From contig CAXXMD010000002.1 of the NCBI GenBank assembly GCA_963675755.2, positions 1,408,001 through 1,472,000 of the forward strand: 64,000 nt of DNA, read 5' to 3'. The translations under genes were made by a program, and so were the position numbers. The stretch comes from a bacterium. GTDB taxonomy: Bacteria; Zhuqueibacterota; Zhuqueibacteria; Residuimicrobiales; Krinioviventaceae. The notes beneath the pieces were generated by a model. That model was given only the letters and a program-made list of their open reading frames with translations. It ran no database searches and was not told the origin of the DNA. The first letter of the stretch is position 1; each line of letters opens with the position of its first letter. Positions 1 to 10,228 of the stretch are shown here, in pieces.

Positions 1-12
1 CAACCTTTTCAT
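1..12 (-). CDS. 5' end of a further minus-strand gene (MKRL...), truncated by the window edge
   Basis: The minus strand reads GGAG-TTGAA-ATG AAA AGG TTG (RBS plus start codon) downstream of an AT-rich intergenic region. Only four codons are visible. Confidence 0.45.
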
Positions 13-408
13 TTCAACTCCAAAATGTTAATGTAATTATTGATAATTAGCCGAATAAACATAATGAATTCAATTTCTTATTTCGCAAATTGTAAAAGCA
101 CCACACGTTTCTTTTTTCAGACACGATTTACATTATTAAAATTTAGTTCTTAATTATTAAAATTTTATTAAAGAAAAATAAATGCCTCAATTGGGGCTTG
201 CTGGCGTCGCACAACAGCATGCTAATCGTCATTTTTAGGTGATGCAATGAACAAAAGGGTTGTCCTCAACCAATAATCATCCTATTTTCAAGGTGTCATT
301 CTTTGTGGGGAATAAACTAGGAAATCGTAAACTCAGTAGGTGGCAATGTCATATCCTGTGTTGCCAAAAACACTAATATTGTAATTGTATACGATAAAGA
401 TTTTATGA

Positions 409-1905
409 TCAATCCTCTCTTTTTAAAAAAGATACAGCAGACTGCCATCCTTTGTAATCATCCATTACATCAGGATTATCCTGGCACTGATACACAACAT
501 GATCATATTTCAATTGTTCCAAATCATTCAGGTCTTTATACATACCTGAACCTAAACCGGCCATAAGGGCAGCACCCATTGCTGAAATATCGGCTATACC
601 TATGTTATTCACATTTACATGCAACAGATCTGCAATAAATTGCATTACAAATTTATTTTTGGTAATACCGCCATCAGCCATCAATTCTTTTAAAGCAATG
701 CCGGCATCGGCTTCCATTGCAGTGATTACATCTTTGATCTGGTATGGAATGGATTCCAATGCTGCGCGAACAATATGGCGCTTGTCCGATCCAAATGTTA
801 ATCCGCTGATCACCGCCCTTGCATCCATTTGCCAATGCGGAGCGCCTAATCCGCTGAATGCAGGTACCAGATACACGCCTTCATTATCATCCAAAGCAGT
901 GGCCATTGCCTCGGTTTCGGACGAATCCGCAAATAATCCCAACTGGTTCTTGAGCCAATTGATACTCGCTCCGGCCGTCACAATAATCCCTTCAAGGGCA
1001 TAATCTGTTCTATCAGCAGTACTCCAACAAATCGTTGCAACCATACCATTCTGCGATTCTACTCGCTTGCTGCCGGTATTCATTAAAATGGAGGATCCTG
1101 TGCCCAGGGTTACTTTGGCATCTCCGGGAGTAAAGCATCCTTCTCCGAATGCAGCCGCGTGCGAGTCTCCTATCATACCGGTAATGGGAATGGGTGTTTC
1201 AAACACACCTTCAAAATCAGATTCACCATAGGAAAATGCAGAGGGTTTGGGTTCGGGAAGATTTAATTTTTCCACACCAAACAGTTTCAGCATCTCGGTG
1301 TCCCATTTCAACTCATTGATATTGAAAAACAAGGTACGGGATGCATTGGTATAATCCGTATAGTAGCTTTTGCCCTGGGTCAGTTTATATAAAAGCCAGG
1401 AATCCACAGTACCGCCAAATGCTTTGCCGGTATCAATTGCTGATTTTACGTTATCATTATTTTCATTCAACCACATGACTTTGGTACCAGAGAAATAGGG
1501 ATCAATGATCAACCCGGTGCGGGCTGTGATCTCTGTTTCAACATCCTGAGCTTTGAGCCGGTTACAGATCTCCACCGAACGTTTGCACTGCCATACAACG
1601 GCATTATGTAATGGTTTGCCTGTTTCATCCCATAGCAAATAGGTTTCACGCTGGTTCGAGATACCGCAGGCGGTAATATTGTTCAAATCTCCGCCCTGTT
1701 GTTTATACTGAACTACACACTGGCGAACGGATTCAATAACCGTTTGATAAATTTCTTCAGGGTCCTGTTCCACAAAACCGGGTTTGGGATAACTTGATGC
1801 CAGTTCCACAGTTGCTTTAACAGTCAGCTTTCCATTTTCATCAAATAAAACAGTTTTGGTTCCACTGGTTCCCTGATCAATCGCCAGGATTAATTTCTGC
1901 TGCAT
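409..1905 (-). CDS. FGGY-family carbohydrate kinase (glycerol kinase-like); probable apulose kinase by context
   Basis: Motifs IDQGTSGTK, GISNQRET, TDYTNASRT, PAFSGLGAPHW and DGG. Last gene of the isomerase/transketolase operon. Confidence 0.9.
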   Translation of the reverse strand: MQQKLILAIDQGTSGTKTVLFDENGKLTVKATVELASSYPKPGFVEQDPEEIYQTVIESVRQCVVQYKQQGGDLNNITACGISNQRETYLLWDETGKPLHNAVVWQCKRSVEICNRLKAQDVETEITARTGLIIDPYFSGTKVMWLNENNDNVKSAIDTGKAFGGTVDSWLLYKLTQGKSYYTDYTNASRTLFFNINELKWDTEMLKLFGVEKLNLPEPKPSAFSYGESDFEGVFETPIPITGMIGDSHAAAFGEGCFTPGDAKVTLGTGSSILMNTGSKRVESQNGMVATICWSTADRTDYALEGIIVTAGASINWLKNQLGLFADSSETEAMATALDDNEGVYLVPAFSGLGAPHWQMDARAVISGLTFGSDKRHIVRAALESIPYQIKDVITAMEADAGIALKELMADGGITKNKFVMQFIADLLHVNVNNIGIADISAMGAALMAGLGSGMYKDLNDLEQLKYDHVVYQCQDNPDVMDDYKGWQSAVSFLKRED

Positions 1906-1914
1906 GAAAAATCC

Positions 1915-2859
1915 TTACTTTAATAATTGCTTTGCGGTTTCTGCCAATCCTTGTGCAGAAATACCATAATGACCAAATATTTCCAACTGACTTCCGGGTA
2001 CCGTATATTCATCCGGAATGCCTACTCGCTTGAACGCAGTAGATATACCGGATTCCAGAATCAACGTGGCAACAGCCTCTCCAAGGCCACCATTTATCAG
2101 ATGTTCTTCTACAGTGATCACTGCATTACAGGATTTGGCCGCAGATATAACTGCTTCATTGTCTAGTGGTTTTATTGTATGCATACTGATCACACTGGCT
2201 GATATTCCATATTCTGCCAGTTCATCGGCAGCTAAAAGCGCATAATATACGGTTTCACCGGTTGCAATAAATGCAACATCCTCACCTTTACGCAATGTAA
2301 TGGCTTTGCCCTGTTCAAACACGGTATTTTCTGTATGCAGATCATACATGGGGCGTTTACCAAACCGAACATAAACGGGGTGAGGCATTTCAGCCGCAGC
2401 CATGATGGCATGACGGGTTTCAAAATTATCCGCGGGGACCATAATTGTTATATTATTAATAGCGCGTAATACAGCCAGATCATGCAGTGAGTGGTGCGTT
2501 GATCCCAACGCTCCATAACTGACACCTGCGCTGATCCCCACCAGCGTGACAGGATTATCAGAGTAACAGACATCGTTTTTGATCTGCTCCAGAGCACGGG
2601 CAGATAAAAAACAGCCCGGTGAAACGGCAAATACCTTTTTACCTGTAGACGCAAGTCCTGCGGATATACCCACCAAATTCTGTTCTGCAATACCAACTTC
2701 AACAATCTGGTCAGGATATTTTTCTCCAAAAGGTACCAGTTTCCCGGATCCTCGGGAATCACTGGTTACCGCTAATATCGTTTTATCTGTCTCTGCCAGC
2801 TCCATGAGGGTGTTGGCAAAAACTTCAAGATTGGGTTTTCCTAATACAAAGGAATTCAT
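1915..2859 (-). CDS. Transketolase C-terminal subunit (probable apulose-4-phosphate transketolase subunit B)
   Basis: Motifs EVGIAEQN, G-STHH, VYVRFGK, TIKPLD and TVEEH..GGLG. Confidence 0.9.
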   Translation of the reverse strand: MNSFVLGKPNLEVFANTLMELAETDKTILAVTSDSRGSGKLVPFGEKYPDQIVEVGIAEQNLVGISAGLASTGKKVFAVSPGCFLSARALEQIKNDVCYSDNPVTLVGISAGVSYGALGSTHHSLHDLAVLRAINNITIMVPADNFETRHAIMAAAEMPHPVYVRFGKRPMYDLHTENTVFEQGKAITLRKGEDVAFIATGETVYYALLAADELAEYGISASVISMHTIKPLDNEAVISAAKSCNAVITVEEHLINGGLGEAVATLILESGISTAFKRVGIPDEYTVPGSQLEIFGHYGISAQGLAETAKQLLK

Positions 2860-2957
2860 TACGAATACCAGCCTTTCAAATTATATCAATTTGCCTGAAC
2901 GAATAACAAATCAGGCAATGCTTATTATCTATATACCGCCACAAGCGGTGAATCTAT

Positions 2958-3782
2958 TTATAATGCGGACAACTGGCTATCCAGCTCCTGCATAGCAGTT
3001 TCATATTGTTCATCAGAAGGTACACCGTGGTGCCACTTTATCACATTTTCCATATAGGAAACACCTTTGCCTTTAGTGGTACGGGCAATAACCATAGTAG
3101 GTTTACCGGTTTTTAATGGTGCACTGTTTAAAACAGCTTCCAGCTCGTCCAGATTGTGTCCGTCAACCGTTTTTACAGCCCAACCGAATGCAGAGAATTT
3201 TTCTTCAAGGGGATCGGTCTCACATACTTCACGAGTGGGTCCTGTAATTTGTAGTCCGTTATAATCCAGAATGGCTACAAGATTATCCAGGTTATAATGC
3301 GATGCCGATAGCATGGCCTCCCAGTTTGACCCTTCCGCCAACTCGCCATCTCCCAGCAGGGTAAACACCCGATAAGGACGCTTGTCTTTTTTAGCAGCCA
3401 GGGCCATTCCCACACAGATGGGCAGCCCATGTCCCAGGCCACCGGTATTCTGCTCGATCCCTTTGATTTTACGGGTGGGGTGACCCACATAATTGGACTG
3501 GTACTTGCACAAGGTTTCCAGATCTGATACAGGGAAAAATCCCTTATCCGCCAGGACAACATATAACGCTTCTACCGAATGCCCCTTGCTTTGGATAAAG
3601 CGGTCACGGTCGGGATCAGAAAAATTATCCGGTGTTACATTTAAAACACGGTTGTAAAGCACATTCAAGATATCAATGCAGGAAAGATCGCCGCCGGTAT
3701 GACCGGCATTGGCAATCTTTATATATTTTAATATATTTTTTCGATACTCGATCGATTTTTTCAACAATTCAGTATTATTCAT
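2958..3782 (-). CDS. Transketolase N-terminal ThDP-binding subunit (probable apulose-4-phosphate transketolase subunit A)
   Basis: Motifs GHTGG, DRDRFIQSKGH, TGGLGHG, GDGELAEGSNWE...N (ThDP motif) and KGKGVSYME. Confidence 0.92.
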   Translation of the reverse strand: MNNTELLKKSIEYRKNILKYIKIANAGHTGGDLSCIDILNVLYNRVLNVTPDNFSDPDRDRFIQSKGHSVEALYVVLADKGFFPVSDLETLCKYQSNYVGHPTRKIKGIEQNTGGLGHGLPICVGMALAAKKDKRPYRVFTLLGDGELAEGSNWEAMLSASHYNLDNLVAILDYNGLQITGPTREVCETDPLEEKFSAFGWAVKTVDGHNLDELEAVLNSAPLKTGKPTMVIARTTKGKGVSYMENVIKWHHGVPSDEQYETAMQELDSQLSAL

Positions 3783-3803
3783 TTTTACTCAACTATTTCA
3801 TTA

Positions 3804-5210
3804 TTATTGATGATTATAGACTTCCCAACCCAGGTAATTACTGAACGCTTCGCTCAAAACACCTGCGGTATGAGATACATTCATGGCAACATGGTGCTCA
3901 AATCCATTTTCACAGATATGCTTCAGCAATCCTTCTATATTGGGAATATTTGCAACAGCACGACTGCCAAAAGTATCCAACGGATCATTGGTGAAATCGC
4001 CTTCACCCACATAAGCATTGATCAGACCCACAGAATCATCAGTAGACAAGCGCGCATAAGTCAAAGGTCCTGCAGGGGTACGTCCTTCCATTGCGCCATA
4101 GGTATTCTCTTCACCCAATGTTGAACCCAGAATAGGAGCAGTACTGATTTTAATATCGGGAATAAAGGATTTTGCCCAGTTGCCGCAATGGAACATGACG
4201 ACCTTATCAGGCTCACCACCGTAATTATTGTTCCAGTCCGCGAGTGCGCTGGGGCGTCCCGAAGCCAACTGTAATGCATACATGGACAATGCACCCATTA
4301 CATCTACTTCGCAAGCACTGGGGATGAGCTTTTCACTCATCATACTCATGCTTGTACAAACATTTATACCAAAATTCATCTGTAAGGAATTCCAACACTG
4401 GATTGCGGTTGCGTTGAGCCCATTTTCCTCAACGAAACGATTGATTACTGCATCCAGTTTGGCCATGGACATTAATTTTTCTTCCGGTACTTTATCATAG
4501 TTTGCAAACGCTTTAATGGTTTCTAAACTCTTTTTCGCTGCAGGATCGCTGTTACTCAGGCGGTCAAAATCACCCCAGATCTGGGACAAGTCAACGGTTA
4601 CTACATTGATTCCATATTCCTGCAACAGTTTCTCACTATAACGTACTGTATTAAAAGCACCGGGGCGTGCGCCAATTGCACCAATTCGCGCATTCTTTAA
4701 ACCGTTTACAACACGGCAAACCGATACAAAATCAACGAGATCTTTATGGAACGCCTCATCCTGCAGGCTCATCACATGTTTACTTGTCAAAGAGTATGGA
4801 ATACCTGCCTGACGCAGGTTATTACATACAGAGATTTTACCGCACAATCCATCCCGACGAAGGGCAGGACTCAATTTATTCAAATCATCAGGACTGGCTT
4901 GAATCAATACAGGTACATCGAGTCCGGAAAGTTTCATGGTATCCAATACACCGCGTTCATCACCAAAATTGGGTAAAACAACCAGAACACCCTCTATACT
5001 ATCCCGATGTTTTTTAAACAGCTCTGCACAAACTTTGGCATCCTGATATGCTTCAACACCGCCCAGTTTGGTTGCCGTTTCATCCAGCATGATGGGTACA
5101 ATATCTAATTTCTTAAAAAGCGCAACTATTTCCGCACGCGCTTCTGTAACCAGGTGGTCCGGAAAAAAATCACGGTTACCAACAATAACGCCCAATGTTG
5201 CTTTACTCAT
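3804..5210 (-). CDS. L-fucose/L-arabinose isomerase family protein (probable D-apiose isomerase)
   Basis: Motifs NFGDE, CGKISVCNNL, ACEVD, FHCGN and GFEHH of the FucI/AraA-like family. Lies between the ABC permease and the transketolase. Confidence 0.85.
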   Translation of the reverse strand: MSKATLGVIVGNRDFFPDHLVTEARAEIVALFKKLDIVPIMLDETATKLGGVEAYQDAKVCAELFKKHRDSIEGVLVVLPNFGDERGVLDTMKLSGLDVPVLIQASPDDLNKLSPALRRDGLCGKISVCNNLRQAGIPYSLTSKHVMSLQDEAFHKDLVDFVSVCRVVNGLKNARIGAIGARPGAFNTVRYSEKLLQEYGINVVTVDLSQIWGDFDRLSNSDPAAKKSLETIKAFANYDKVPEEKLMSMAKLDAVINRFVEENGLNATAIQCWNSLQMNFGINVCTSMSMMSEKLIPSACEVDVMGALSMYALQLASGRPSALADWNNNYGGEPDKVVMFHCGNWAKSFIPDIKISTAPILGSTLGEENTYGAMEGRTPAGPLTYARLSTDDSVGLINAYVGEGDFTNDPLDTFGSRAVANIPNIEGLLKHICENGFEHHVAMNVSHTAGVLSEAFSNYLGWEVYNHQ

Positions 5211-5224
5211 TTTTTACTCCTCAA

Positions 5225-6205
5225 CTATATATTATTCTTAATCTCTCTACTCATTTTGTCAATAATGACAGCCAACAGAATTACCAGTCCTTTAATGACT
5301 TGCTGCCAGAATGGTGAAACATTTAATAAAACCAATCCATTATTCAAAACACCGATGATCAGTGCTCCCTGCACAGTTCCGATAATAGAACCACGCCCAC
5401 CTGATAATGAAGTACCGCCTATAACTACCGCGGCAATAGAATCCAGCTCAAACCCCATACCCGCGTTTGGCTGTGCCGAATCGAGTCTTGATGTTACCAG
5501 CAATCCACCTACCGCAGACATGGTGCCGGCAAGGGTATACACAATCATTTTAACACGGTCTACATTCAACCCTGACAGGCCGGATGCTTTTTCATTACTA
5601 CCAACCGCGTAAATATAGCGTCCTAATCTCTTTTTTCGGGTGAGTACTACCATCAGCACAACAATTACAGCAGTGATCCACACCGGTACAGGGATGCCCA
5701 AAAACCAACCGGTTCCCATAAATGCAAAAGAATTTCCCAAACCGGTTATGGGAAATCCGCCTGTCCACAACATGGTTAATCCGCGTGCTATGGTCAACAT
5801 GGCCAGTGTAGCTACAAAGGGGGGTACCCTGAAACGGGTTATAGCTAATCCGTTCACCCAGCCCAAAGCTGAACCGGTCAACAATCCTGCAATCACTGCT
5901 CCCAGAAAGGTAAATCCAACAAACAGGTTCAAATCCGGAATTTCAATACCGTTTTTCAACAATCCTGCTGCTACCGCACCACTTATGGCCAGTATGGATC
6001 CCACAGAAAGATCGATTCCCCCTGTTAAAATTACCAGGGTCATTCCCATGGACAAACAGACATTGACCGATATCTGTCGCATTACATTCCAGGAATTATC
6101 TACGGTTAAAAACTTTTCCGTAAAAATTGATAAAAAAACGATCATGATCAGCAATGCAATCAATGACTGGAACCGTAACAATGTATTTTTCAAATTCTTG
6201 TTCAT
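5225..6205 (-). CDS. Monosaccharide ABC transporter permease (RbsC-like)
   Basis: Motifs GGIDLSVGS, PPFVATL, YAVGSNEKAS.LSG and ELDSIAAVVIGGTSLSGGRG; hydrophobic. Confidence 0.93.
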   Translation of the reverse strand: MNKNLKNTLLRFQSLIALLIMIVFLSIFTEKFLTVDNSWNVMRQISVNVCLSMGMTLVILTGGIDLSVGSILAISGAVAAGLLKNGIEIPDLNLFVGFTFLGAVIAGLLTGSALGWVNGLAITRFRVPPFVATLAMLTIARGLTMLWTGGFPITGLGNSFAFMGTGWFLGIPVPVWITAVIVVLMVVLTRKKRLGRYIYAVGSNEKASGLSGLNVDRVKMIVYTLAGTMSAVGGLLVTSRLDSAQPNAGMGFELDSIAAVVIGGTSLSGGRGSIIGTVQGALIIGVLNNGLVLLNVSPFWQQVIKGLVILLAVIIDKMSREIKNNI

Positions 6206-6219
6206 GCAATTTCCTGTTT

Positions 6220-7755
6220 CTATGCTTCAATACTCTTGGGGATAGCTGCACTCAATAATTTTTCTTCAGTTGCCTGCGATGGCGTAAATTCACCTGTCAA
6301 CTGTCCCTCAGACATGACTAAAATCCGATCTGATATGGCAAGCACTTCGGGTAATTCAGATGAAACCATTATGATTCCCAATCCCTTACCCGCCAACTCG
6401 CTGATGAGTTTATAAATTTCATTCTTTGCGCCTACATCCACACCTCGTGTGGGCTCGTCCAGGAACAAGATACGGGGATGCGTAGCCAACCATTTAGCAA
6501 TAACAACTTTTTGTTGATTTCCCCCACTCAATTTCTCAACCGCCTGTGTTGTGCCGGGAGTTTTGATCTTTAATTGTTGTATATAATCTTTTGCAAGGTT
6601 CTGTTCAGCCTGGCTGCTCAAAAAGCCAAATTTTTCAACCTGTTGTATATCCGCAAGGCTGATATTCTCTGCAACACTCATCTCTATTATTAATCCAGCG
6701 GATTTGCGGTCTTCATGCACATAGCCGATTCCGGCTTCAATGGCCTGTTGTGGATTTTCGATACTGACATTAATCCCATCAATAGATATTGAGCCCGTGT
6801 GAGATTTACCATACACACCAAATATACAATCAAACAATTCGGTACGTCCCGCACCCATCAATCCAAAAATGCCCAACACCTCGCCTTTTTTCACATGAAA
6901 GGATACATCTTTTAACAGATAATCATTCACTCTGGCAGGATGTTTCAGACTCAGGTTTTCAACTTGAAGGACATCCTCACCAATGCTCACCTCATCCTTG
7001 ACGAAAAAATCATCCATGTCTCTGCCGACCATAGAGCAGATGATGTCATCCTGGGTAAATTCTGCTGCGGGTCCCGAGGTTATATATTTTCCATCTCGAA
7101 AGATGGTAATTGCATCTGCAATTTTATCTAGTTCGTCCAGCTTGTGTGTAATATAAACAATTGCAACACCATCGGCTTTTAGGGATTTGATGAGACCAAA
7201 CAAAATATCCACTTCATGTTCACTGATTGCCGAGGTTGGCTCATCCATGATGATAATTCTGGCATTCAAAGAAAGTGACTTGGCAATTTCAACAATCTGC
7301 TGCTGTCCGACACGCAGATTTTCGACAGCAGAGTTGGGGTGAATATCTGAATTGAGTTTTTGCAGCAATGCCCGCGTATCATCAGCCATCTTGCGATAAT
7401 CGATAAAACCCAGTCGGGTTAAAGGTTCGCGTCCCAGAAAAATATTTTCAGCAACCGTCAGATGAGGTATCAGATTCAATTCCTGATGAATGATGGCAAT
7501 ACCCAGATCCTGAGCATGCCGGGGGCCGGTAAAACGGACAGGTTCGTCATCAAGCAGCAGCGAGCCTTCGTATTCCGTATATACACCGGACAAAATTTTC
7601 ATCAAAGTGGATTTACCCGCGCCGTTCTCTCCCAGAATAGCATTGACCTGTCCCGCATAAATATCCAAATCAACATTCTGCAATGCCAGAACACCGGGGA
7701 ATCGTTTACTTACCGATCTTGCGGCAAGTACGGGTTTTAATACTGCATTACTCAT
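6220..7755 (-). CDS. Monosaccharide ABC transporter ATP-binding protein (RbsA-like, two NBDs)
   Basis: Walker A GENGAGKST, MDEPT, LSGGNQQK and LDEPTRGVDVGAK. Confidence 0.95.
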   Translation of the reverse strand: MSNAVLKPVLAARSVSKRFPGVLALQNVDLDIYAGQVNAILGENGAGKSTLMKILSGVYTEYEGSLLLDDEPVRFTGPRHAQDLGIAIIHQELNLIPHLTVAENIFLGREPLTRLGFIDYRKMADDTRALLQKLNSDIHPNSAVENLRVGQQQIVEIAKSLSLNARIIIMDEPTSAISEHEVDILFGLIKSLKADGVAIVYITHKLDELDKIADAITIFRDGKYITSGPAAEFTQDDIICSMVGRDMDDFFVKDEVSIGEDVLQVENLSLKHPARVNDYLLKDVSFHVKKGEVLGIFGLMGAGRTELFDCIFGVYGKSHTGSISIDGINVSIENPQQAIEAGIGYVHEDRKSAGLIIEMSVAENISLADIQQVEKFGFLSSQAEQNLAKDYIQQLKIKTPGTTQAVEKLSGGNQQKVVIAKWLATHPRILFLDEPTRGVDVGAKNEIYKLISELAGKGLGIIMVSSELPEVLAISDRILVMSEGQLTGEFTPSQATEEKLLSAAIPKSIEA

Positions 7756-8383
7756 GAGAACCTGTAATAATTTTTACCGGGATGATGCCAAGGGGATCAA
7801 TCTCAGGATCATCCTGACTCACTTCTGCGGCTCCAATAAAAGAAACAGATTGACCCGATTGCAACTGGCTTTTTGCAGGAATTACCACCTGCTCTCTCAC
7901 CCGTTTATTGATCTCTGAAGAAATGGCATTAAACTCCATGCTATTGGGGAAATCACTCACATCCACCAGTCCGGATGCATCCCGAACAGCGTTACCAAAC
8001 AGATCCAGAGCAATCAGCAAGACATCCGGGTTTCCGTCTCTGGTTGTATCCAAATAAAATCCACTCGGTTCAATCTTGACAACTGTTCCCTCACCCTTGA
8101 TCAAATAGGCGTGTTTGGATGCAATACCAAGTGTTTTAGCATATTGTGATACAGCCTTATCCATATCGGTTTGAAACAATGGCAGCAAATCATTTACATC
8201 CACAGCCTGGTCCAATACAGACGGGAGTTGTTTATCCCAAAAATTCTGTACATATACCTGGGGATCAAACACATCGGGCTTGGCATTTGCCTTCATCTTG
8301 TCCAGTTTCTTGATGTAAACAGACTGGGACAATATCACCAAACCCACAACCAGAAAGATAATATATTTAATTTTGCTATTCAT
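7748..8383 (-). CDS. DUF2291-family membrane-anchored periplasmic protein
   Basis: N-terminal hydrophobic anchor; FDP..YV..FW and GNAVRDA.G...DF.N..EFN..S motifs. Start moved to ATG 8383, which overlaps the SBP stop. Confidence 0.75.
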   Translation of the reverse strand: MNSKIKYIIFLVVGLVILSQSVYIKKLDKMKANAKPDVFDPQVYVQNFWDKQLPSVLDQAVDVNDLLPLFQTDMDKAVSQYAKTLGIASKHAYLIKGEGTVVKIEPSGFYLDTTRDGNPDVLLIALDLFGNAVRDASGLVDVSDFPNSMEFNAISSEINKRVREQVVIPAKSQLQSGQSVSFIGAAEVSQDDPEIDPLGIIPVKIITGSHE

Positions 8384-9329
8384 TTTTACCATATGCGGTA
8401 TATTTTTCAATATTTTCCTGATTCACCAATTCAACAGCAATTGGCAGCTTTTGCGGGAATTCGGTTTTGCCATTCAAATACTTGTCTGCCATTTCAGCAG
8501 CAGTACGGGCCATGACTTTGGGGAACTGCATGCCGGTTGCCATGATTTTACCGTCACGAATCGAATCTACAACGTCTTTGGCACCGTCGAACCCAAACAC
8601 CATTACCTTGTCCGCTTTTCCGGCAGATGCCAGTGCCTGGTACGCACCCATGGCCATTGCATCATTGCCACAGAATACCGCGTCAATATCCGGATTTGCC
8701 TGCAATATAGATTCCAACACTTCCATTGCCTTATTGCGATCAAAATCCGCACTTTGTTGTGCAACCATTTTTATTTCAGTGTAATTATCAACAACACTGT
8801 GGAAACCACGGGAGCGGTTCCAGGTATTATTATCACCAACCAGGCCCAACAGTTCAACATATTTACCTTTGCCGTCCATCTTTTTGACAAAATACTGTCC
8901 CAGGGCAACACAACCGGAATAGTTATCTGACAGAATTTGTGATACGGCATCGGTATTGGAATTGATCTCGCGGTCCATACAGAATGTGGGTACACCTGCG
9001 TCTCTGGCGCGTTTGACATTGGATATTGAACCCTCTGCATCAGTGGGATTAAACAGGATTGCCTGATATCCAGCAGCGATAATGTTTTCAAAATGGTCTG
9101 TTTCTTTTGCATTATCATTTTGAGAATCAAAAATGGTTACCTTGTAACCCAATTCGCGTGCTCTCTCGGCTGCTGTTTCACCCAGCACGACAAACCAGGG
9201 ATTATTCAGAGTAGAGATTACAACAGCAATCTGTTTTTCTTTGTCTGCATTCTGACCGGCATCTTTGCTGCAAGCAGACAAAAGGAAAACTGATAACACG
9301 CTCAAAAGAATAACTATTTTTTTAAACAT
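8376..9329 (-). CDS. ABC sugar-binding lipoprotein (RbsB-like; probable D-apiose-binding protein)
   Basis: Lipobox LSAC; motifs [23 protein letters not shown] and GFDG. Confidence 0.9.
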   Translation of the reverse strand: MFKKIVILLSVLSVFLLSACSKDAGQNADKEKQIAVVISTLNNPWFVVLGETAAERARELGYKVTIFDSQNDNAKETDHFENIIAAGYQAILFNPTDAEGSISNVKRARDAGVPTFCMDREINSNTDAVSQILSDNYSGCVALGQYFVKKMDGKGKYVELLGLVGDNNTWNRSRGFHSVVDNYTEIKMVAQQSADFDRNKAMEVLESILQANPDIDAVFCGNDAMAMGAYQALASAGKADKVMVFGFDGAKDVVDSIRDGKIMATGMQFPKVMARTAAEMADKYLNGKTEFPQKLPIAVELVNQENIEKYTAYGKNE

Positions 9330-9345
9330 TTTACACTCCTGTTAT

Positions 9346-10107
9346 TTAGGCAATAATAAATTCTATACCATGTCTTGCAAATTCCTGACGGTCCTGATCT
9401 TTAATACCATCATCTGTTATGAGGTAATTGATCAAAGACAACGCACCCAGACTGGCAAGCGATTGAACTCCCAATTTTGAGGAATCCGCAACCAGATACA
9501 CTTTATTGGCCGCTTCGATCATTGCTTTTTTCACCGGCAGATCACTTAGACTGGGATATGTTAATCCGGCACGAAGGGTAATGCCTGCAGTTGCCAGGAA
9601 CAATTTATCCACATGTACATTTTGGAAAAATTCCGCTGCCTTTTGGCCGGTAAGTGACAAGGTTGGCGCTTTGAATTCACCGGATGTCAGTAAAACTGTT
9701 ATACCCGGTTGACCACCAATAATGAGTGGTACATTGACTGCATTGGTTACAACAGTCAGATTTTTATGATCAACAAGACATTTGGCAACCTCTGTGGTGG
9801 TGGTACCTGAATCCAGAATAATCGTATCACCTTCATCTATATATTCGGACGCCTTTCTGCCAATGCGCGCTTTTTTATCCATATTTTCCGTATGCTGAAA
9901 AGAAAAAGATTGAACCTGACTGGGCAGACTTTTAAGAAAAGCACCGCCATGTTCGCGCATAATCAATCCATCATCTTCCAGTCTGGCAAGATCCTGGCGT
10001 ATAGTTACCTCTGAAATACGAAAGATTCTGCTCAAATCAGAGACTTTGGCATTACCATCTTCTTTAATCAGATCAAGAATTCGTTGTCGTCGTTGTGAAG
10101 CAAGCAT
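9346..10107 (-). CDS. DeoR/GlpR-family transcriptional regulator
   Basis: HTH SEVTIRQDL; motifs HGGA, LDSGTT, VVTN, ADSSK and LITD. Confidence 0.93.
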   Translation of the reverse strand: MLASQRRQRILDLIKEDGNAKVSDLSRIFRISEVTIRQDLARLEDDGLIMREHGGAFLKSLPSQVQSFSFQHTENMDKKARIGRKASEYIDEGDTIILDSGTTTTEVAKCLVDHKNLTVVTNAVNVPLIIGGQPGITVLLTSGEFKAPTLSLTGQKAAEFFQNVHVDKLFLATAGITLRAGLTYPSLSDLPVKKAMIEAANKVYLVADSSKLGVQSLASLGALSLINYLITDDGIKDQDRQEFARHGIEFIIA

Positions 10108-10187
10108 ATATAAACCTGATGTTACATATAATATTTCATTTGCTTATTATACTCATAATAAAATCAAAAATCAATAAAAATTAAAGA

Positions 10188-10226
10188 TAATCGAAAGTAA
10201 TCGAAAGTAAATACTTTCGATTACTT
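10188..10226. promoter_or_regulatory. Candidate DeoR operator (direct plus inverted TAATCGAAAGT repeats); could also act as a terminator hairpin
   Basis: TAATCGAAAGT occurs at 10188 and 10198 (10-bp period). A perfect 15-bp inverted repeat AAGTAATCGAAAGTA-AA-TACTTTCGATTACTT spans 10195-10226, upstream of deoR. Confidence 0.6.
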
Positions 10227-10228
10227 GA

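Noticed and set aside
409-9329. Literal ribose ABC transporter plus glycerol kinase annotation
   Set aside because: There is no rbsK/rbsD or glpD/glpF. Isomerase, split transketolase, DUF2291 and RG-II enzymes fit apiose better.
10188-10226. CRISPR or mobile-element repeat
   Set aside because: Only three 11-bp units, with no spacers and no cas or transposase genes. No CRISPR array was seen anywhere in the window.
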